Part shown: piece after piece, positions 35,201 through 43,375 of the stretch
Layout: every line of letters begins with the position of its first letter
How positions within the stretch are numbered: position 1 is the stretch's first letter
NCBI GenBank assembly: GCA_021779915.1
Contig: JAJXZR010000015.1
Coordinates: forward strand, 4,521-68,520
Direction: 5' to 3'
Length of the DNA stretch: 64,000 bases
From: a bacterium
GTDB taxonomy: Bacteria > Patescibacteriota > Minisyncoccia > CAIUEV01
Notes under the pieces: generated by a model
Database searches by the model: none
What the model saw: only the letters and a program-made list of their open reading frames with translations
What the model was told of the DNA's origin: nothing
Translations under genes and position numbers: made by a program

Positions 35201-35617
35201 CTCATCGGAAAGGTGGATCCATTCAGGAACCAGCTCGTCAATATTGCCGATATTGGTTTTTAGGGAAGTGAGGCTGGTATCGTCCCAATTCACATAAAAA
35301 ACCATTAGCTTGGGTTTGTAGTTAGATGGGACGATATTGGAGCTATTTGAATTTTTATTATTAACAGGGGAATTCGCATTGAGTTGAGTTTTCACTTTAT
35401 TCCCAGTGGATTTGAAAGTAATCGGTCTTTCCCGATAAACAGAAACCGGATTTGAGAGAGGCAGAGAAGGAAGTTCCCCAATCTTAGCTACGCTAAAAAC
35501 AGTCGCGATGAAAGCAACCGTCAAAATAAAACTGACGGTTGCTACCGTCCATTTATAATATTTCCACCTTTTTCTGTCAGGATCATAAAAGACGGGGGAT
35601 TCTGTTTGAGTAGACAT
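32234..35617 (-). CDS. Tri-domain exopolysaccharide synthase: GH18-like domain, CE4 polysaccharide deacetylase and processive family-2 glycosyltransferase (PgaC/IcaA-like) in one polypeptide
   Basis: N-terminal TM. GH18-like GISIDYE. NodB TFDDGP ... HTFTHPN. GT2 VVIPAYNEE...VIDDGSTDGT...DADT...QRFRWMYG (Q..RW), followed by C-terminal TMs. Confidence 0.75.
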   Translation of the reverse strand: MSTQTESPVFYDPDRKRWKYYKWTVATVSFILTVAFIATVFSVAKIGELPSLPLSNPVSVYRERPITFKSTGNKVKTQLNANSPVNNKNSNSSNIVPSNYKPKLMVFYVNWDDTSLTSLKTNIGNIDELVPEWIHLSDEQGNIAVDDQDRQNLAMDFIKSNRPDLPITPLINNYDSNTQSWNGDKLGKMLGDPGNRTNNINKILEFVQSNKFSGISIDYESVPKNAQPDLLLFMKELYSKFHPLGLEVSMNIPVDDNNFNTKSLAEVSDFLILMAYDEHSDGDSPGPVASEKWFLDSIAKRFSEVPSEKYVVALGNYGYDWEDKQKTAVTYTFQDAIRVARESQGKIVLDPNNLNEIYEYYDDNNIIHKVFLLDAVTAFNEIVDAGKYKVGGYALWRMGSEDPSIWQVFKSRQTLSKDVAMSLQNLDYGYDIDYEGTGEILRVATTPKTGSRTVTYDDKTGLITNSEVKDFPFPYIINRWGGEDKKKIALTFDDGPDPVYTPQILKIFDQYNVKGTFFVIGMNATQNQQLLKQVFDKGNEIGNHTFTHPNIANISDSQVKFELNTTESLLASALGRHTLLFRPPYAEDVEPENPDQVKPLMLVNQLGYYTVGMKIDPKDWSSPGIDNIVNSVITGAENGDGNIVLLHDGGGDRTQTIAALPRIIEGLQSRGFQLVKVSDLVGVLPDKIMPKVSGAELILSDFSYVAFSFVNWIFIFLSFAFTIGIFLGLARFIFVGVLALFQKIKSKFRKYPSIKKFHPSVSVVIPAYNEEKVIVKTVESILKSDYPDLKVIVIDDGSTDGTYQSALENFKDNQNVEIFTKSNGGKPEALNFGISKTEAEIVVTLDADTVFLSNTISKLVRRFADPKVGAVAGNAKVGNRLNILTYWQALEYITSQNLDRRAFEVLNCITVVPGSVGAWRREAILKTGGFSNRTLAEDADLTFHIIRSGYKVAYEDKAFAYTEAPDTVKGFIKQRFRWMYGTLQATWMHKDSLSCPGCRTLGWIALPNILIFQVLFPLISPLMDLTIVFSLIWVAIQKYQHPIDYSATFAFKKLFFFYLFFLVVDFITCAIAFVLERKEDWSLLLWMFLQRFFYRQLMYYVAIKVFVSVMKGKFVRWGNLERKGTVG

Positions 35618-35661
35618 AGGATTAGCATAGCACGAAAAAACAAGAAATGTTCATACCACAA

Positions 35662-35883
35662 TATCATCCCGGGTTTGACCCGGGATCCAGAAGGATATAA
35701 AATTGCTCTAATTAACCTAATTATACTAATTAACCTAAAAAAGCACCAAATACCAAACAATAAAAAAATAAATCTTAGAAATTAGTTTTTGGGATTTTGT
35801 TTAGAATAATTAGGTCAATTAGAGTAATTAGAATAATTAATGAGTCTAACCTGGATCCCCGGTCGACACGCCGGGGATGACAC
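35662..35883. mobile_element. MITE-like element, subtype A (copy 3)
   Basis: atcatcccgggtttgacccgggatccag ... cctggatccccggtcgacacgccggggatgacac. The internal inverted repeat is identical in design to the copies at 1152, 10632 and 46711. Confidence 0.65.
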
Positions 35884-35944
35884 GAGAGAAGCGAATTTTA
35901 ATCTTTTTTTATTTGAAAATTGGAAATTGGAAATTCTATCTACT

Positions 35945-36877
35945 CTATTCCCAACAAACCCCGGACGTTGTCACGATGTTTTTCCAAGGACCATTTGGCA
36001 CATCCTTTTGGTCTACAAACTGCCAACTCGTGGTGTCGATGTCTTTAAGGCCGAGATAGTCGTTAACGGCTGGAGAAACGTCTAGACCGGCATCTTTATT
36101 AGTTTTGCTTTGGGGGCTGGCGCCTCCAAAAACATAATTGCTGTCATTTTCCCCGAATGGCCCAACATCTTCCCACTGGGCATAAGCCACTTTGTTTCCC
36201 TTGATAATCTTTATCCAACGATTTTTGCAAATAGATTCGCCATCACCCCAATTTTTTTCTCCAAACCAAGGGATAAGAGTTGCAATATCTTTTTTTCTGT
36301 TGCCATTTTCGTCAAAATCATTGTAGGGAAGGGCGAAATAGAACGGATTTTCCTTGGGGGTGAACTTTGAAGGCAAAAAACCATTTCTTTTTGCGGGATC
36401 ATCCACTCCACCATAATGACTAACCCACTTGTCGTCCCAAGCGCTCGGAGAATTTGAAATATTCTTATTATCTTCTCCTGCTTCTTCTCCTATCCAGAAA
36501 TAAGTGGTAGAAATATTGCTATGAAGAGGATACTGGCTACTGCTCACAACGCTATCCGGAGTCAAGTTTGTTGCCAAAGGATTGACCGACCGGCTGATTG
36601 CCTTTGTAACTTTTTTATACTCTTTATGAGTAATGTTGGGTAGGTATTTTTTCCATAAAGAAACGTCCACATTGTTTCTTTCAAGCATCCTTTGCCATTT
36701 TGATTTTGTTTTGGCTTCAATATTTTTCGGTCCGTTCTCGCCCCTAGACAAATGATCATAGACAAAAAACAGTACAGGCACCAAAAAAAGCATTGATAAG
36801 AATAGTAATAAGGTTTTATTTTTAGGCATTTTCGATATTTTTAGGTGTAATCTATTTAAAGACATAAACCAAAACAA
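35945..36877 (-). CDS. Secreted/membrane-anchored hypothetical protein
   Basis: N-terminal hydrophobic anchor. No recognised catalytic motif. Confidence 0.5.
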   Translation of the reverse strand: MFWFMSLNRLHLKISKMPKNKTLLLFLSMLFLVPVLFFVYDHLSRGENGPKNIEAKTKSKWQRMLERNNVDVSLWKKYLPNITHKEYKKVTKAISRSVNPLATNLTPDSVVSSSQYPLHSNISTTYFWIGEEAGEDNKNISNSPSAWDDKWVSHYGGVDDPAKRNGFLPSKFTPKENPFYFALPYNDFDENGNRKKDIATLIPWFGEKNWGDGESICKNRWIKIIKGNKVAYAQWEDVGPFGENDSNYVFGGASPQSKTNKDAGLDVSPAVNDYLGLKDIDTTSWQFVDQKDVPNGPWKNIVTTSGVCWE

Positions 36878-37082
36878 GAAGTGTTTAATTATAAACTCTT
36901 ACGTCTTAAAACGCAAACGGTTATGAATAGATTGCAACTAAACTGTGCGAAAGCTTTTTTGTTCTAGTTGATAATTTGGTTTTGTTCAAAGATCCACTCG
37001 TTTATCCTAGTATCTTTTGAATTTGTTTTTTATAATAGAATTAATATCGCTCTAGTTTAAAAATAATAAATATAAACAGACA

Positions 37083-39656
37083 ATGAATAGTTCTACCGAA
37101 CAGTCCGCCATGATAGGCTGTAATGGTCTTAATTGCTCTTTTTGCTCTTTTCTGGAGACCATCCAGAATATATTTAATTGGCTATTGGGGATATCTTTTG
37201 CGATGGCAGTCCTTTTTATTGTCTTGGCAGGACTGGCATATTTATCAAGTTCGGGAGATAAAAAGCTCTTAGAAAGAGCAAGAAAGATTTTTATTTACAC
37301 AATTTATGGGTTTGCCTTTGTACTCGGTTCTTTTCTTTTTATCAATGTTTCCTTTTTGATTATTGGAGCAACTAACAAAAACACTTGGTTTCAAATTGAT
37401 TGCTCGGAAGGCTCTACTTTCCAGAAAACATCAAGTCCAGAGGCAGAAACGGCAGTGGCGGTTCCCAATTTGAATTTTGTTGATGCCGGCAACCTTTTCT
37501 TTTCAGCTCAAAACCCAAAGACAGTGACGGATTTAAATGTTGCGACTTTAACCCCCCAAACTTTACTCCAAGATGCTTTAGCCCTTTCAAATGGACAAAA
37601 AATTAGTTTTATAGGCGCAGAAAAAACCCTCAATGAAGACGAGATAAAAAAATATATAAACAAAGAGAAGGGTTTTTCTGTTTCATCTAGCGGAGACAGG
37701 GCGGAAGGGTCTATAATTGGAAATATTATAACTTTAAGAAGAGATGAAGACGGCATAAGTGTAATCCTGGAAGGGGAAGAACCACAAATACTAGGTGAAA
37801 TCAATCAAAACAGCTCCGCCAGCGATTCTGAAAAAATACTAAAAAACTTGATGGGTATCCTTTCCGAGAAAAGTAGCCAGGGAAATAAAATTTATGCTTT
37901 GAATGACAGAAATCAGGAAGAATCTTTTTCGATAGACGAAAAATCGTGTCTGGAAAGTGGTGGGGAAGTGACAGTTTTCCAAAACGAATGTATGGCAAGA
38001 AAATACACTTGTGGAGAAGAAAAAATCCTATGTTCCAGCAGTGAAAAAGAGGTTATGGGTTGCCAGTGTCCTCTTGGAAGCTGTCTTAAAGATCAAAAAT
38101 GCGTAAAAGTAGAAACAACAGCAGACCCTTCTTTGCAAAAAGATCAAGACAACGACAAAGTTCCAGATGATCTGGATCGTTGTCCCAACACCCCCAAGGG
38201 AGAAAAAATTAACGAAGACAGATCCAGCGCTGATTATGGTTGCGCCTGTTCTCAACTATCTTTAAACCAAAGAACTTGTCCTCAAAGCAGATGCGAAGGA
38301 CCTAATTTATTAACCTATCCTTCCTCGGGAAAAGATTCTTGCGTCGATGGCAAGAGGATTATTTTTTACTGCGAACCTAAAACTCAATATAACCCAACGT
38401 GCCAACAAAGTTTTGTTCCCAATATCCCTTCCACTAGTCAAAACAAAGGAAGTGGTGGAAGCAACCCTCCGATTGATTTATCTAGCCTTTTGGGCAAAGG
38501 AGGGTCAGGAAGTGGCAGTTCTGGTGGAGGATCAGGCAGTGGCGGTGGCAACGGTGGCGGTGGCGGAGGCACCAATCCTACTGGCGGAAACGGCAATACC
38601 AGCTCTCCATCCTCTCCGCTGCCTCCTTCTCAAAACACTTCTTTGACTCCTCAGGAAGCTTTTGAGGGAGGGAATGGTTCAGAAAAAGACCCTTTTGCAA
38701 TGAGCGACAGAGCTATACAAGAAGTTTTTTCTTACAATGAAGATACCGGAAAAATCGATTTGAACGAAAAATGGCAATCAAAATTGGGAGTTTGTGGCAA
38801 AGAAGCGTATCTTAAAATTCCTGAAAAGAAAAAAATTATTGATGCCCTAAATAAAAAAAAGGATGACAAAAATTCTTCCGACAACAAATCAAAAGATAGC
38901 TCCACTGATAATACTTCAAAAGATAAACCATCAGATAGTTCAGATAGTTCCTCAAGTAGTTCAGATAACAATTCCCCAACGGATAAATCTTCGGACAATT
39001 CAAACAAAGAAAAAATTTCAAAAGAAAATGCTGACCGTTTAGAAAAAGACAAGGACGCTATCAAGGCTCCCAACGGGACTGATGTCGTTGATAAAAAAAG
39101 CAACAAAACAACTACGGTTGATAAAAATAGTGATGGAAACGATCCAAGCAAGACCAAGGATGATTCTCTCAATCCCGACGATCAGCTTCTTAAAAGTTCT
39201 TCTAAAGGGTGTGGAATAAACTCTGATTATGTACCAAAAAATAGCAAAGAAAGTAAGGCACTTGAAAAAGGTCTAGTTAAGGCTGCCGATGACACTTTCA
39301 CAACAAAAAACAATGGTGCTTCAGACTTTTTTACTCCTGAAATCGCTGAAAAACTTGCCAAAGCATCTCAAATTGCTAGAGATGAATATGGTCTGGGACT
39401 AAATCTCACCAGTGGATACCGCTCTTATGAGGAACAAGCTTGGCTTTGGGCCAATCGAAGCGGTGTTCCCGTAGCTCCCCCAGGGTCATCCCGCCACGAG
39501 ACCGGCGAAGCAGTCGATGTCAGTCTAGTAAATTTGGATGGTAGTAGAATATCAATGAATGGAGAATGTAGAGCAGCTTTAAGAGATATAATGGTTAAAG
39601 GAGGATTGAGACCTCTCAACAGTGAGTGGTGGCATTTTTCTAGAGATGGTCACTAA
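37083..39656 (+). CDS. Large membrane-anchored surface protein with C-terminal peptidase-M15 (VanY-like D,D-carboxypeptidase) domain
   Basis: N-terminal two-TM hairpin reminiscent of VirB2/TrbC pilins. Cys-rich and TSP3-like DQDNDKVPDDLDRCP segment. Gly-rich and S/D/K-rich low-complexity regions. C-terminal SGYRSYEEQ...SSRHETGEAVDV...WWHF (M15 SxHxxGxAxD). Confidence 0.6.
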   Translation: MNSSTEQSAMIGCNGLNCSFCSFLETIQNIFNWLLGISFAMAVLFIVLAGLAYLSSSGDKKLLERARKIFIYTIYGFAFVLGSFLFINVSFLIIGATNKNTWFQIDCSEGSTFQKTSSPEAETAVAVPNLNFVDAGNLFFSAQNPKTVTDLNVATLTPQTLLQDALALSNGQKISFIGAEKTLNEDEIKKYINKEKGFSVSSSGDRAEGSIIGNIITLRRDEDGISVILEGEEPQILGEINQNSSASDSEKILKNLMGILSEKSSQGNKIYALNDRNQEESFSIDEKSCLESGGEVTVFQNECMARKYTCGEEKILCSSSEKEVMGCQCPLGSCLKDQKCVKVETTADPSLQKDQDNDKVPDDLDRCPNTPKGEKINEDRSSADYGCACSQLSLNQRTCPQSRCEGPNLLTYPSSGKDSCVDGKRIIFYCEPKTQYNPTCQQSFVPNIPSTSQNKGSGGSNPPIDLSSLLGKGGSGSGSSGGGSGSGGGNGGGGGGTNPTGGNGNTSSPSSPLPPSQNTSLTPQEAFEGGNGSEKDPFAMSDRAIQEVFSYNEDTGKIDLNEKWQSKLGVCGKEAYLKIPEKKKIIDALNKKKDDKNSSDNKSKDSSTDNTSKDKPSDSSDSSSSSSDNNSPTDKSSDNSNKEKISKENADRLEKDKDAIKAPNGTDVVDKKSNKTTTVDKNSDGNDPSKTKDDSLNPDDQLLKSSSKGCGINSDYVPKNSKESKALEKGLVKAADDTFTTKNNGASDFFTPEIAEKLAKASQIARDEYGLGLNLTSGYRSYEEQAWLWANRSGVPVAPPGSSRHETGEAVDVSLVNLDGSRISMNGECRAALRDIMVKGGLRPLNSEWWHFSRDGH

Positions 39657-39679
39657 ACTGGATTGAAGATGTTTACTAA

Positions 39680-40327
39680 TCAAACTGCCAGATTAGAATT
39701 TTGATAGTCTTTTTTGAAGAATTTTTTTGCGATTCGAAAGATTGAATCGGTGATGAAAAAAGCGCTAAAAACATCGATTGAATAGTGTAAATGACCCAGA
39801 ATGACGATTGTGGCAAAAAAGATCGACGCTATCAGGAAAAAAAATCGCAGATTCTTAATTTTCCAATAGACAAGCGCCATCAGAAAGGGAAGCCCCGTAT
39901 GGGCGGAAAAGAATAAGTCCCCTCCAAAAGTAAATAGACTGGAAATTAAGCCGTCCGAACTAACTGGCGCTCTAAGCGGAAATTCTGCAATGTGCGTAAG
40001 AGTAATAAAAACCGACCTGACCAAAATAAACAGGGCGATACTTTTTACAACAAAAGGTATAGTCTTGGGCCTATAAAGTATAATTGCCGTAACTACCACC
40101 CAAAAAAGAAAAAATCCATCTAGAAATATGGCGTCAACATCAAAAACCGGCAAGTTATCAAGGAGAATGTCACTTACCGAATTGCTTTGCCTCATATTTG
40201 CATAAGTCCCAGCGAAATAGTTGGCAAAAAAACTCAAAAACAAGAGAAATAAACTGACAGCCACCGAATATAAAAAATCTTTGCTTCTCCAAACACTATT
40301 TTTACTAAGGCTGAAAGTTTGTTTCAT
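39680..40327 (-). CDS. PAP2-like membrane phosphatase (weak)
   Basis: Six TMs. YRPK, SAHTG and GHLHYSIDV resemble PAP2 motifs KxxxxxxRP / PSGH / SRxxxxxHxxxD. Confidence 0.4.
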   Translation of the reverse strand: MKQTFSLSKNSVWRSKDFLYSVAVSLFLLFLSFFANYFAGTYANMRQSNSVSDILLDNLPVFDVDAIFLDGFFLFWVVVTAIILYRPKTIPFVVKSIALFILVRSVFITLTHIAEFPLRAPVSSDGLISSLFTFGGDLFFSAHTGLPFLMALVYWKIKNLRFFFLIASIFFATIVILGHLHYSIDVFSAFFITDSIFRIAKKFFKKDYQNSNLAV

Positions 40328-40388
40328 TTTATGCCGTTGAGTAAATCGTGGATTTCAACTGCTGATTCTGAAGTTCTCACGAAAAAAA

Positions 40389-40886
40389 TTATTTATTTTG
40401 ATTCTGATTGGCAGGGTTACCAGGATTTCCCAATCCAGTCCCATTTGCCGGTCTGATTTGAATGTTATCGGCTGAAACGCTTCCATCGGTGTTGGCTTTT
40501 CCACTCACCATAACTGCCTCTCCTGTATTTAAATCAGCGGTTGTGCCTTGAACCGCCTTTCCAACCGCGGTAGAGTCGGAAAAATAGACAATTTTTGAAC
40601 CTCCATCCCTGGTTTTAATTGTTATACTCTTTTCATCTTTTGAAAGAATATCACCAGAAACAAACCCCCCGCCATTTGGACCTCCTCCTGGTCTTCCTTG
40701 ACCATTTGAACCTCCTTGTCCCGGTTGAAAATTTCCCCTGTTTCCTCCGCCATTAGCTCCTCCTCGTCCTTGCATCTGAGATCCCGTTTGACCCTTTTGA
40801 TAAACCGTCCCCCCATAAAACGACCCTCCGGAAATTAAGATCAGGAGGACAATCCCTCCTAGGATAAATTGGTTCTTTTTTGTCAT
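40389..40886 (-). CDS. Secreted Gly-rich protein, paralogue of 44963..45538
   Basis: Signal peptide, GGxNGG low-complexity region. The C-terminal domain [25 protein letters not shown]...IQIRP is similar to the C-terminus of 44963..45538. Confidence 0.5.
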   Translation of the reverse strand: MTKKNQFILGGIVLLILISGGSFYGGTVYQKGQTGSQMQGRGGANGGGNRGNFQPGQGGSNGQGRPGGGPNGGGFVSGDILSKDEKSITIKTRDGGSKIVYFSDSTAVGKAVQGTTADLNTGEAVMVSGKANTDGSVSADNIQIRPANGTGLGNPGNPANQNQNK

Positions 40887-40940
40887 TTGGTTATGGTTAA
40901 TTGATTAATTTTCAATTTCCAATTTTTAAACAAAAAATAC

Positions 40941-41038
40941 GTGTCATCCTCGGCGTGTCGACCGGGGATCCAGAAAAGTAATATTTTATTAGTCTAATAT
41001 AATTCTCCTGGATCCTCGCTTTCGCAAAGATGACACAC
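40941..41038. mobile_element. MITE-like element, subtype C (short, ~98 bp)
   Basis: gtgtcatcctcggcgtgtcgaccggggatccagaaaagtaatattttattagtctaatataattctcctggatcctcgctttcgcaaagatgacacac. Confidence 0.65.
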
Positions 41039-41108
41039 TAGAAGATATTGTTTATCTAATTTTTAAATTAAGAAATTGAAAATTTATTGAAAATTGAAAA
41101 TTGGTCAT

Positions 41109-42326
41109 TTATTCATATCTTAACGCCTCGATCGGGCTTAGGTTTGCAGCACGTCTAGCTGGATAGAAGCCGAAAATAATTCCCACTCCCGCTGAAACTC
41201 CAAAAGCAAGAAGAACTGATGACAAGGAAACCTCTGTATTAAGACTGAAAAAGTCTTTTGCCCCTATGGAAGCCAGCCATCCCAAAACCACCCCCACTCC
41301 TCCTCCTAAAAAAGTGAGTACCACCGCCTCGGAAAGAAATTGCAAATTGATATAGATTTTTTTAATCCCAACTGCTTTTCGAAGGCCTATCTCTCGGGTT
41401 CTCTCCGTAACAGTCGTAAGCATCATATTCATAATCCCAATCCCTCCCACTAAAAGAGAAATTCCGGCAATAGAGGATAATAGTATTGTGAAAGTTCCCG
41501 TGATGCTGGAAGCGGTCGCTATAATATCCGTTTGGTTCATCAAATTAAAATCCGCCTGAGTAGGGTCGCTTATTTTGTGGCGCTTTAGAAGCAAGTCGGT
41601 AATATCCTGTTGCACTTGACCCATTGAAGATTGACTTTGAGCTGAAACACTGATAGTCGTAACAAAGTTATCCCCCGAGAGGAAGTGTTGAGCAGAGGTA
41701 ATGGGTACATAGATAGAATTATCCGGGTTAGTAAACCCTGAGCCACCCTTGGACTGCGCAACTCCAATCACTTGAAAATCAATGCCCTTAATCCGAATGT
41801 TTGATCCGATAGGGTTGGCATCCGTACCAAAAAGATCATCTCTAGCCGATGGACCAAGCACCGCCACCTTTGCCGAACTTTTTATTTGTTGATCCGTCAC
41901 AAAAGTACCGCTATCCATTTTAATGTTACGCACATCCAGATAGGCGGGGGTCGTCCCAATTACCTGGGTGTTAGTGTTGTTTCCTTTAGCTGTAATTTGA
42001 TAGCGCCTGGAAACTTCTGGAGCCACATTGGAAACACCATCCACTTGACTGGCTATGGCATCAGCGTCTTCTATAGTCAAAGTTTGAGCACTTCCTCTCC
42101 CGCTGCTTACCGGTCCGGCACCTCGCTGAGCCCCTGGAGAAATAATAATAAGATTTGATCCTATTGACTGGATACTGCTTTGAATAGTAGCTTGGGCTCC
42201 CTGCCCAATGGAAACCATAGTAATCACCGAAGCAATCCCGATCACAATACCCAAAATTGTCAAGCTGGATCGAGCAATATTCCCCGCAAGCGACCAAATT
42301 GTTTCTCTAAAAAGATCGAGGAACAT
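41109..42326 (-). CDS. MacB/FtsX-family ABC transporter permease
   Basis: N-terminal TM, MacB-like periplasmic domain and C-terminal FtsX 3-TM bundle. In an operon with the ATPase and adaptor genes. Confidence 0.85.
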   Translation of the reverse strand: MFLDLFRETIWSLAGNIARSSLTILGIVIGIASVITMVSIGQGAQATIQSSIQSIGSNLIIISPGAQRGAGPVSSGRGSAQTLTIEDADAIASQVDGVSNVAPEVSRRYQITAKGNNTNTQVIGTTPAYLDVRNIKMDSGTFVTDQQIKSSAKVAVLGPSARDDLFGTDANPIGSNIRIKGIDFQVIGVAQSKGGSGFTNPDNSIYVPITSAQHFLSGDNFVTTISVSAQSQSSMGQVQQDITDLLLKRHKISDPTQADFNLMNQTDIIATASSITGTFTILLSSIAGISLLVGGIGIMNMMLTTVTERTREIGLRKAVGIKKIYINLQFLSEAVVLTFLGGGVGVVLGWLASIGAKDFFSLNTEVSLSSVLLAFGVSAGVGIIFGFYPARRAANLSPIEALRYE

Positions 42327-42395
42327 AAATTAATTTAATTTTCAAACAATTTTTAATTGATTAATTTTACAATTAGATAAACAATATCTTCTAGT

Positions 42396-42491
42396 GTGTC
42401 ATCCTTGCGAAAGCGAGGATCCAGGAGAATTATATTAGACTAATAAAATATTACTTTCCTGGATCCCCGGTCGACACGCCGAGGATGACAC
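42396..42491. mobile_element. MITE-like element, subtype C, inverted copy
   Basis: Exact reverse complement (few mismatches) of 40941-41038. The adjacent about 80 bp (aattagataaacaatatcttctag / ctagaagatattgtttatctaatt) is also mirrored. Confidence 0.65.
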
Positions 42492-42558
42492 ATATTTTTT
42501 GTTTAAAACATTTGAAAATTAATCAATTAAAAATTGTTTGAAAATTGGAAATTGGAAA

Positions 42559-43245
42559 TTATTTTTTCTTATTTTTCCTATCGCTCTCAATTTTCCCGTC
42601 TCTAATTGAAATTATTCTTTCGGCGTAGTCAGCCACTTCGTCTTCGTGAGTGATGATTACTATGGTATGACCTCTATCATGCAATTCTTGAAAATATTCC
42701 ATAACAAGCTTGCTGGTTTTTGAATCGAGATTTCCCGTAGGTTCGTCTGCCAGTAATATTGAAGGGTTGTTGATGAGAGCTCTGGCAATTGCCACTCTTT
42801 GCATCTGACCTCCAGAAAGTTGATTGGAAAGATTGTAAAATTTACTTTCTTCCATTCCCGCGTATTTAAGGGCTTCTCGTGCCCGAGTTTCCCGCTCTTT
42901 TATCGGAACGCCTGAGTAAAGTAGTGGTAACATAACATTTCGAAGAACCGTCGTTCTTTTTAGCAAATTGAAAGACTGAAAAACAAAACCGATTTTATCT
43001 TTGCGAAGCTCAGACAATTCATTTTCCTTAAGCTTTGAAACTTCCTTTCCATCCAAAAAATACTCTCCACTAGTGGGATTGTCCAAAGCTCCTATAATGT
43101 GCATCAATGTTGACTTTCCAGAACCACTGGGACCAATAATCGAAACAAATTCTCCTTTTTCAACAAAAAAAGTCACATTATTAAGCGCCACTGTCTCAAC
43201 ATCTCCATTTTTGTAAATTTTAGTCAGATTTCGGCAATCGATCAT
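42559..43245 (-). CDS. ABC transporter ATP-binding protein (MacB-type ATPase)
   Basis: GPSGSGKST, LSGGQMQRVAIARAL, LLADEPTGNLD. Confidence 0.9.
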   Translation of the reverse strand: MIDCRNLTKIYKNGDVETVALNNVTFFVEKGEFVSIIGPSGSGKSTLMHIIGALDNPTSGEYFLDGKEVSKLKENELSELRKDKIGFVFQSFNLLKRTTVLRNVMLPLLYSGVPIKERETRAREALKYAGMEESKFYNLSNQLSGGQMQRVAIARALINNPSILLADEPTGNLDSKTSKLVMEYFQELHDRGHTIVIITHEDEVADYAERIISIRDGKIESDRKNKKK

Positions 43246-43252
43246 TAAATCA

Positions 43253-43361
43253 GTTTATCAAGTTTATAAAGTTATAAAGTTCATAAAGTAAAGATTCAGA
43301 TAAACATTAATTAGAAAAATCAAATCCGATCAACTTTATAAACTTTATGAACTTGATAAAC
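43253..43361. repeat. Inverted repeat built from TTTATAAAG units in the macA-macB intergenic region
   Basis: gtttatcaagtttataaagttataaagttcataaagtaaag ... ctttataaactttatgaacttgataaac. A related motif lies at 44740-44790. Confidence 0.5.
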
Positions 43362-43375
43362 TTTTTAACTAATTG

